Positions 53,998 through 64,000 of a stretch of DNA of 64,000 nucleotides are shown here, one piece after another. Source of the stretch: Octopus sinensis (Eukaryota); contig NC_043015.1 in the NCBI RefSeq assembly GCF_006345805.1, forward strand, positions 36,332,001-36,396,000, read 5' to 3'. The stretch's first letter is position 1; the number at the start of each line of letters is the position of its first letter. The notes beneath the pieces were generated by a model. It saw only the letters and a list, made by a program, of their open reading frames with translations. It was not told where the DNA came from and ran no database searches. The position numbers were made by a program, and so were the translations under genes.

Positions 53998-56107
53998 TAT
54001 ACATATATATATACACACACATTTATATATGTATGTATATATATACATACATGCATACTTATAAATGTATATGTATATATACATATGTATACACACACAC
54101 ACACACACACATATATATATTTGTGTACATACATATACGTAGCAATTAATCATTCACTTGTGTTTAAGCGAGAACCTATACAATACTTGCTTCTATTCCT
54201 GTATTATTTCTAAATATTTAAATAATTTTTTAACGAAAATTGATTAATTTTGTACTCTGTCTTGTTTCGTAAGGAAGAAATATAAAGCATGGAATGTTTT
54301 CACGACACACTCGCACACACAAACACCTACTGATATAGACTGTTTCTGTTCACAGTCTCAGTATAAAAGCTACCGCATGAACTCTATAAAAATACTTACC
54401 AAATTTTCTCCTGCTTTACAATTCTTCATCATATGTAATGGAGTCACATTTGCAAAACGTGAGAAGAACAAAAGAAAGGCAATTGTGGTTCGAGGAATTT
54501 CCCATATACGTAGATCTCCTCGGAATTGCAGCTGAAAGACAAAATTTATAGGCACACCATAAACCCGCGTGTTTTCACCTTATCATTAAGAGAACAAATT
54601 ACTTACATCGGCATAACAGAAAGCCGATTATTGATTTCGTTCTCATTGGACTTTTAGAGAAACAACACAGTATTGACGGTTAGTTTTGTTAAATTAATTA
54701 CTATTTCTATGTGTACAGCCCCAAGCCTAAGTGTAGTCAATTTATCAGTAAAATATGGATTGCGTACATATGTACACCGGAAAACTGTGGATTGGCCACG
54801 TTACCATTCAAATACCGATATCTTATAGAGGTATGTCAGACAACATGATACAAAGTCACATTCATTCCGTGTTATGGAGGTGAATTCCGTCTGACAATTC
54901 ACATAGCAAAGGATGCCTTTGTGCACCTAGTAACTAATATAGGACACGTACAAGTAACGTGTCACGGCTTCATCATTTTCTTAAACAGATTGATCCAAAA
55001 CTATCAAGACTGCCTATAACTGGTAGCTCGAAATACCCGAAAAACAGCTTAACTGCACTTAGATAATCCATACTTATAAAGGGAGACATAAATTCGATAT
55101 TCGGGCTACGAAAACCACGGAATACTCGAGTTTTCCTTTAATAAGAGGTTTACTAGAATTAATCTAAAAGAAAAGAAAACCAATGAAATTGTTTGGAAGC
55201 GATGAGACACCTCGATACAGCGTGAGTCGTGTTAGAAGCAGCAGCTGTATTTTACACTCGCCTCGAACACAAAGTCCAAATATTTTTGAGTATTTAGTCT
55301 TAAACTTTATCGGTGTTTAACCAGATTTACTCTTATAATTCCATGCATAAGTAAAATATAACATTATTCATGTCGACCAAATCTCGCAGGCGAAAGTTGC
55401 AGACCATGAATAATGGTATTTCCCTCTATCGCAATAACATCCATCATTATGATAATATATTAAAATGAAAACTGCACGCATGTTAACCAGGTTGTATCAT
55501 CGCTCAGGGAGTTGATTCAGTTTTTAAATAAGCATTGCATTTCATTTTATCAGTCGTTCCATAAAATGCTTTGCAGAAATTGCAAAGTAAGATATATTTG
55601 ATATTTGTTCTCTCCTCTCTCTCTCTCTCTCACTCTTTATCTTTCTTTCTCTCTCTCTCCTTCTCTCTCTCACACACTCGCTGCCCTTCCTATTCCTTCT
55701 ATTTCTCACTCACTACCCTTTCTCTTCCCCCTTGCTCTCTCTCTGTTTTCCCCTCAGATTTATCATTTCCTGAGTTCTGACACAATGAATGCAAACAACG
55801 TTAGCCCGATACCAGTAATATCGCGCGTCGCAAGTATGTTTAGAGCCACAAACATTTACACTGTGTTACAAGTCACGAACAGAACTACGCTATTTGTGAA
55901 GCCATTTAGAATGCAAAGCTGTGGATACACACAATTGCAATTATACTAATGTGTCCATATGTTCTAATTAATTAAATTCTATGTCTTTGTGCAGCTGAAG
56001 ATTACTCTGCATTTTAAATTGATGTAATGATTGCATTGTTAAATTAAATGGAGTTGCATGAAACGATCGTCCTGCATTATCTCTGGATATCCTTGTTGCG
56101 TATTTTG

Positions 56108-56160
<53 letters not shown>

Positions 56161-57192
56161 GAGTCTGAGGAGGCTATCAGATGTTGCCCCATAGCTCAGC
56201 TCTGAGTGCATTACATCTCATAGCAGAAAAGCTGTAAAGATATGTGTATGTGCGTGTGTGTACGTGCGTGTGTGTGTGTACGCATGTATATGTATGTGGG
56301 TGTCTGTCAGAACAATGGCTCTGAAATCTGTGCACAATTAAAAAGTCAGTGTTAATCACATCAATCACAGTAGGAGATGCAAAGAGACACACCTGTAACT
56401 ACACCATCACATATATATACACAAACGACCTCACTGAGAGACATACACACGCACACACACACACACACATATATATATATACCAGCATATACATATATAC
56501 ATACACATATACACACATACACATATGTATATGTGTAAGTGTCTGAGTATGTAAGTATTCATGTATAAATATATCATGTTATTGGCGAAAGAGATGTTGT
56601 AAGTTTCTCACTTCGATGTATTTCGACAACAAATATTAAAAATGTTTTAAAACAATTCAAAATTTTCAAATAATCGCCACATCGTCAAAGAGAATAATTT
56701 CAAATAAATAAACTGTTAAAAAATAAACTGTCTCAATAACATCAGACAATACGTCAGCGAACGATATCGATACAATAAAACTATATAAATGAAAACAGAG
56801 GGAAATGAAGTTAAAACGAAATAAAAATAAACATGAAAATAAGACCGTCAATATAGAAACCAGTATATATAGTGATGAATTATTTCTAACAGAAACTTAA
56901 AAAATCTTCTATCATAAAATGTTATATATCACTGTATAGCTCTTTCTCTCCCTCTCTCTCTCTCTCCCTCTCTCGTTCTCTCACTCTCTCTCTATATCTC
57001 TCTCTCACTGACTATAAGCGCGCACACAAACACACACATAAGTGTATGGATATAAAGTTTGTTACCCAACGCCTTGGTTCCGGGTTCAATCACATTATGT
57101 GGCATTGTTGGGAAGTTTCAGCACTCCCGTGCCTACGAATTCTCTCTCAGTGCTGGACTGATAAACGGAAATTGAAAGAGACTCATCGCATC

Positions 57193-57231
<39 letters not shown>

Positions 57232-57234
57232 TCC

Positions 57235-57267
<33 letters not shown>

Positions 57268-57563
57268 GCCAGTAATATATTTGTTCGTATGAGAATGCAT
57301 GGACTAGTGATTAGGGCGTTGCTCTCATTGATTAGAACACTGTAGTGGATTTCTCAAGTGCAAGTGTGCGCTCAAGCACAAAATCCAAACTTTAACCTGT
57401 AAATTAATAGAATAAAGAATTCCTTGACGATTCATTGTGGTTAAGCTGCCTGTTGCAATTCAGTCTATCATTCAATGCAGATTTTGAAAAAGCACAATGG
57501 GAAAACGTACGTAGGTTAGAAGTTATATAAATTTGCTTTTATCCTAAATTATTTGTACCTCTA

Positions 57564-57599
<36 letters not shown>

Positions 57600-57624
57600 G
57601 CACACACACACACACCCACACTTT

Positions 57625-57866
57625 CATACGGTGAGTATTTACAAAAAAACAAAAGGCGAAGACGGGTGGGTAAACAACAAACATGTATTAGTTTAACGCT
57701 CTGGAAGCGAGAAAGTCTTTTACGGTTCAAGCCTACGCTCTTCGACAGAAAGGAACACAGAAATAAATAGTGAGAGAAAATAGAAACAGGTTTAGTGGCT
57801 AGCGATCTATCATGGCGAATACCGGACAGAGGGGTCACGCAGGAAAGCTAGGAAGAAGGGGAGATA
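57625..57866 (-). mobile_element. Penelope-like terminus with a degenerate hammerhead-like motif
   Basis: Collinear with 23200-23470; reverse complement of 57716-57752 is CCTTT CTGTCGAA GAGC GTAG GCTT GAACCGTA AAAGA. Confidence 0.7.
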
Positions 57867-57959
57867 ATATATATATATATTATATATATATTATATAATA
57901 TATATTAACCTTTCTTTTCGCGACGGTAGTCGTGTCAGTTCCTAGGTGTTACTCCTAGA

Positions 57960-58678
57960 CTACAGACGAATGGTGAGCGTTCGTCGAATTTTCGTCATAA
58001 CGCTTTGTGACCGAACGCATTGAGCAGACAATTTTTGTGAAAAGCTTAGAAATACACAAGCTCAGACTATCCAGAAGAATGAACAGGCCTTTATTGGTGG
58101 TACCATGGGCAAAACTCAGTGTGGTACAACCGCTTTAAACATAGCAGGAACTCAATGGAGTGTGCAGTATGGACAAGGAGATCATCCAAAAGATGAAACG
58201 TGGAGCCGACTGAGACGATACGGCAAATAGTCAAGTGAGACTAACGTGTATCAACCCAATAAATTCCCCACGAAGTGGGAATGAGGAGAGGATCAGTGCA
58301 ATCCATTTTAAAGGAGGACTTGTCGATGTAGGGAGTGTCGACGATATTTGTCACCAAAGTGTTGGCAGCAGAACCAACTTTACATGCAAATCGCTCAAGA
58401 CTTGTTGGACTGCAAACTGCGACCCGGATTTCATGAAGACAATAACCACTGTTGATGAGCCCTGGGTTTATGGCATCTGCTCGATATGTTCGGTCATCTT
58501 ACATGATAACGAATATATAAGGGGCGCGCACAAGAGATCTGTAATCTAGGCGTAACAGCTGGGAACTTACGCGCCCTACCGACACCAAATTTTCTATCCC
58601 ATCACAAGGATTTTCCCCGCGAGGAATTATATTTCGCAGGAAAAGTAAAGTCGCGAACTTTTGGAACTCATTTCATAT
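57960..58678 (+). mobile_element. Degenerate, internally deleted mariner-like transposon
   Basis: TERIEQ...AQTIQK.EQAF...MGKTQ, WYNRFK and DPDFMKTITTVDEPWVYG (first catalytic Asp motif TGDE.WVY); ends with a TIR-like cgaactttttggaactcatttcata. Confidence 0.8.
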
Positions 58679-58730
58679 AATACATAAAAATATACACATT
58701 CTTCTATATATATATGTGTGTGTGTGTGTA

Positions 58731-58772
<42 letters not shown>

Positions 58773-60598
58773 CATACACTCATGGACACATATCTACATA
58801 TGCATGCAAGCATATAAACACAACTACAGACATACATATGCATCTGCGTAAATATATACACAAACACACACACCACACAAACACGCACACAATTTGAGTG
58901 TGCGTGCACTAATGAAAATACCAACACAGATACGTAAACGTAGACAGGTCAATATTTTTTCACTTATGAAGCAAAACCCTTAGCAGAGAACTGTTAATTA
59001 GAAATCAATAATAATAATATATATGTGAGTGTGTGTGTGTATGTATATATGTGTGTGTGTGTGTGTGTGTACACTTCTGAACTGTTCTCTAAAGTCATAA
59101 AATTATAGAAGAAATCTACAAGCGAAATAAATTGCTGTTTTCCCCACCTTCCTTAACATTACACACCTAATTGTACCCTGGGTGTTCATATTATATCGAA
59201 GTTGGAACAGCTTTTATTTTATCGCAGCATTAAAGTAAATTTTGCTTAAAATTTAATGTTCGAAGGTATTGTTTCTATCAGGGTTTAACACTCTAAGTAT
59301 CACATCCTTACTTCATGAAGGTAGTAAATTACGTATATTAGCGTTAACCCAACTGTTATCACGATATCGCGATATGAAATTTAAAATTCTGTGTCTATTT
59401 TATGATTGCGATTATCTAAAAGCGCATTTCCTTTTTATTCAAATACAACTTGCTATTAATTTCTCCATGGATTTGAATATGCACAATCAGCATTCGCACG
59501 GTCACCTTTGTTCAGTTTGTTTGCTCAGCTTAAATCATCCGAATCAAGTTCGAATTTGGTATTTTTTATTTCAGGTTCTGTTGATATTCTCTGATGGAGG
59601 AGTTGAGATATGTAATATGAGAATAAAGAAGGTGGAATCTTGCGAGCGATAAATAAATTTTAACATTTTGGATAGGGATCCTATAAGTTACAGGGTGATT
59701 TTATTAGGCGTATTTAAATTGCATCAACATACGTCTATTTTTCGAGGCAATAAACTTAAAATGGTAATTCAGTTTTGGTATAGTTTTAGTGTAATACTTG
59801 TATCTTTAGTTTAGGATACACATACCGTACAAAACTTATGCATATTATGGCCACTTGTAATTTATACAACTGCTATTAATGCTGGTGTTACCGCTTCTGT
59901 AATTATTTCTAGTTTGTTCCATGCATTTCTGGTTCTTTGGTAAAAGAATCTCAGCCTTATTTTTCCCATTTGCCTTAAAAGGACGAATTGCGAAATATTC
60001 GCCATGGTTTCCGGTAACATTCTATCTTTCATTATTTACTGGTTGCTGTCATTAGAGTGTGGTCATGATGGGGCAACGCCTGGAATAACTTTTAGCTGAA
60101 TTTTAAGCGAGTACTGAGGGAGAAGGAGAGAAAAAGAGACTGGGGAGAGAGAGAGATAAAGAAAGAAAGACTGGGGAGAGAGAGAGATAAAGAAAGAAAG
60201 ACAGAAAGAAAGAAAGGGAGAGAAAGTGAGAGAAAGAGAGAGAAAGAGTAAGAGAAATAAAGAGAGAGAGAGAGAGAGAGAGAGAGCAAGAGTGAGATTT
60301 GCAGTGATAGCTAAAACCTTATAACGTACCACAATTCAGTATGCAGAGTGTTTTGATTATTCTAATTCCCCAAACCTTCCTTGCTTTTGAAGAAAGAACC
60401 CCCACCCATGGACTACTTCCACTATTTCTAGTAATAGCCATGTCGCGGCTGAGATCATCTCGCCATCTTGACTTTTGTCAGCCTCATCATCCTGTCCATT
60501 GTCCTGGTGTCCATCTGTTGTCCTCCAGCTGCGTGATGTGAACAGATCAATATGAATACAGATCTATCTTTCTGCATACATACTGTGATTGTCTCTGC

Positions 60599-60662
<64 letters not shown>

Positions 60663-61078
60663 TACATAAAATTAAATTGAAAATCGACATTAAATGTAAG
60701 AATAATAGACAAGAAGAAGTGCGCAGGGCATACATTATTTTCACGCCCGGTAAAAAGAGAAATTTTGAGGTTTCGATCATAGTTCTTCGTCGGAAAAAAA
60801 ACGGAGGTGTCCAGAGGAGGAGAAAAATCACCAGCACCACGTGAATGTTATATACATCTCTGTTGACATTTTCGTATATATAGACAATATGTAATATTTT
60901 AAAAAATAAATTGCATTTCAGATTCAAGGTTCTGACGAAGCCTTAAGGTGTTGTTAGTGCACTCAACTATGAGTCCACTGCATTTGAGAGCAGAAACAGC
61001 TGTAAGTTTATGAAATCCATTAAATAATCATTTATTCAATTACCACTTCATTGTTTTATATGAATATGTGTGTGAGTG

Positions 61079-61388
61079 TGTGAAGGCTTAGTGGTTAGGA
61101 TATTCGGCTCCCAATCGTTAGGTTGTGAGTTCAATTCCTGGCGAGGTGTTGTGTCCTTGAGCAAGACGCTTTATTTCACGTTGCTTCAATCCACTCATCT
61201 AACAAAAACGAGTTGTACCTGTAATTCAAAGTGCTAGCTTTGTCCTGTTCCGTGTCCTGCTGACGTTCCACTGAATTACGCGAAGGCTAGGCGCGTCCCT
61301 GGAAAGTTCAGCCACTTGAACATTGATTTCACAAGCAAACAGTTCTTTGGATCTGATGAACCCTCGTCATCATAACCGACCGAGTGCC
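61079..61388 (+). mobile_element. tRNA-derived SINE (second family)
   Basis: GTGAAGGCTTAGTGGTTAGG...GAGTTCAATTCCTGG...TTGTGTCCTTGAGCAAGAC. Confidence 0.8.
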
Positions 61389-61399
61389 AGTTTATATAT

Positions 61400-61456
<57 letters not shown>

Positions 61457-61492
61457 CATACCTGTACATACACATATATATATATATATATT

Positions 61493-61535
<43 letters not shown>

Positions 61536-61611
61536 TATACTATATACATGTATATATATATATATTATATATATTATATATATATATGTATATATATGTA
61601 TGTGTGCGTGT

Positions 61612-61730
61612 GTGTGTGAAGAGAGTAGGCTCGAAACGTGTAAGACTTTCTCACCTTCCCGAGCGTCAGACTAATACACCTACTTGTTTACACACCTGTC
61701 TTCGTCTTTTGCTTTTCTGTAAATTTCAAC
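61612..61730 (+). mobile_element. Short Penelope-like terminus with a partial hammerhead-like motif
   Basis: TGAAGAGAGTAGGCTCGAAACGTGTAAGAC...GAGCGTCAGACTAATACA...CACCTGTCTTCGTCTTTTG, the reverse complement of the 23220-23325 region. Confidence 0.7.
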
Positions 61731-61734
61731 TATA

Positions 61735-61785
<51 letters not shown>

Positions 61786-62309
61786 AACATTTCCACTCCT
61801 GTCACAAATATTCTTTTCTAATATTAAACTACCTCAGACTTATCAGAGAAAAAAAATCTATGTGAAACTCATCAGTCACTGCTACATATTTCCTACATGA
61901 CTATGTTTGTTTTGTGTATAAGTAATAACAAAACAAACAAAATCATTTTATCTTTTGGACACTTTTCTAAAATATTGATTAGAATTCATGAAAGAAATCT
62001 TAGAAAACCTATCAGAAGAGAAGACTGTAGATATGAAACTGTTATATTCACTCTGTGAAATTTCATTAAGGCAACAAGATAACGCAATTTTTACTCGTTC
62101 GTTTATTTGGAATTTATCGTGGAAAAAATATATCGAGTTTGTTTTCTTTCCAATACTTCCGATGCACTTTTTTATTTACACAACTTTAACATAGTTTACT
62201 TTTAAATTTTATTTTGAATAATATTTAATAAAATATCAATTTATTTTTATAACTTCTGCTGAATATACTTTGGTGGTCCAATTCCTCGGTTACTCTTACA
62301 TTAAAAAAT

Positions 62310-62510
62310 TAATATTCAAACCGGCCATAACCAGCAAAAATATTTCTGTTTTATGTTCAAACTGGCTAGATCTAACTTCTCATACCTACCATAACGAAAT
62401 AACCGCATCATCAAAATCTCAGAGTTATGAGATAATGCCTGATTAATTCGAAACTATGTGAATTAATAAACATTGTATTCGACAAAGTGATCTGAAGTTT
62501 AAAAGCTGAA
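62310..62510. mobile_element. Degenerate non-autonomous DNA-type repeat
   Basis: aaaccggccata...ttttatgttcaaactggc.agatct...gagataatgc.tgattaatt; recognised from memory as a common octopus repeat, with eroded ends. Confidence 0.35.
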
Positions 62511-63229
62511 GGCAGCCAATCAACAGAGTCCTTAGAATATTGGTAAGTTAGCTTTGCACTATCGAGTTCAAACCGTTTCGTGATCGAATTTACATGTCTT
62601 TATTTCTTGGTCAATAAAGTACCAGTGCTGCTTTGAAATCGATATCTTCTTTTCCAATCACTCTTTTTCCCTGTCTAGAATAAATGGCATGTATTCAACG
62701 CTGAGCTGTATGAGATATTTTGTTTTAAATGCCCAAGTTACACCGTATGCCAATTTCCACTTCTGGACAGTGCTGAGGACACAAAACATAGCAAAGGAGT
62801 GGAATTCAATAGAAACGCATCATATAAAGACAACTTTCCGCGCAATTGGCAAAAGTGTGTATCTATGGTGCCGCTTCATTTACTAGAGGTAGCTATCGAA
62901 CATCGCAAAACTATCATCTTAAAATATTATATTCGATAATTGGCAGAGTGTTGGTGGTGTCTGTCAGTTCAAGGTAAATATTTGTCTATGCACATATGGG
63001 CGGGTTTGGGAAAGATTTTTCAGAAAGTATATCAGTTGCTTCTGTACACAATTGTCTCCTTTTCACGCCAGTTATTTTCTCGAACTGAAAGTCCTCTCAC
63101 TCGCCCAACCAGGAATATAGCACAGCACCAGCGTCGTCAAAAGCGTTGTCGTAAGAACAAAAACGCCCGGAAGAGACACCGCCATGCTTTTTGTCGACCC
63201 ACTCACGGTTTCACCAACGTCTTGTACTG

Positions 63230-63345
63230 ACGATCTGTTCTCGACGCAAAAGGATGACAACTAAAGTTGACCTCGGCGGAATTTGAACCCAAACAACAGA
63301 GAATGGAAACAAACAGTGCTATGTTTTCTACTGTAAGTTCTCTTT
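63230..63345 (-). mobile_element. Degenerate SINE
   Basis: aaaaggatga...aaagttgacctcggcggaatttgaacc. Confidence 0.6.
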
Positions 63346-64000
63346 TATTTGCCGCCTTCATTACTATAGCACTAAGCTTATAAGCCTCCGAATTTGAATT
63401 TTTTCCTCTTTTTTTTTGCTGAACGATTACTTCTATAAATGTTCCATATAAGCACCACGCATTCTCCAGCTCATATCTCACAGACAGTCATAAAAGACAG
63501 GATTCGAATCCAAATTCATGACCTTGCCAAGAATTTCTAGGTTACACTTTGCTGACTTTATTTAACTCGTATCCTATGTCCTATTTTAATCTGACAAGAG
63601 AAGCTAATACTCAAAGTACAAAGTCTGCGTCAGTTTCAGGAAAGACCGACTTATCTTATAAAAACGTGATCACCATATTTGATATATTTTTGAAAATGCA
63701 AAAAATTATAAGCACCAATATCTAAAAGATATTCTGTGCTATGAATTTATGATGTAAAATTATCGCTTTTGCATTCTGTTTATTTTTATAACCGCTATGA
63801 CATTTAATAAAGCTCGATACGAAAATTCAAATTTGAAACATTTGATGGAAGAATCGTAAATATCAAATAAAAATGCAAATATACCCTGCTGCTCAGTAAT
63901 AAATATTTAATAATCTATTCGTTTTCTTTTTCCAAGTGGTAAATTCGTTTGTGTTAGGCATAATACTTTGTGGTAGTTAGGTACAGCCCTTTAAGTTTTG

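Noticed and set aside
54780-55010. Possible LINE RT remnant on the minus strand
   Set aside because: Motif resemblance too faint to support.
60934-60955. CTGACGA AG CCTTAAGG, a hammerhead-like 5' core
   Set aside because: No GAAA half follows the stem.

Overview
This is AT-rich eukaryotic DNA dominated by microsatellites ((TA)n, (CA)n, (TATG)n, (TATC)n, (ATT)n, (GAA)n) and decayed transposable elements. I found no intact protein-coding ORF, and nearly all entries in the ORF track are microsatellite read-throughs. The tRNA-headed SINE families and repeat density look like an octopus (coleoid cephalopod) intronic or intergenic region; this is inference from recognising repeat families by eye, not a database result. 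Supportable elements are: (1) many tRNA-derived SINE copies in at least three families; (2) Penelope-like retroelement relics with GIY-YIG fragments at 20590-20760 (+) and 24160-24300 (-), plus four related termini carrying a minimal hammerhead-ribozyme-like motif; (3) Tc1 and mariner transposase relics; (4) a hAT (Buster/Charlie-type) transposase relic; (5) RTE-type and R4/Dong-type LINE relics; (6) a 425-bp MITE with an exact 8-bp TSD and internal TTAGGG repeats; (7) a ~540-bp foldback element; and (8) several small hairpins and duplications. Short segments with good splice signals on both strands hint at a host gene with long introns, but I could not identify its product.
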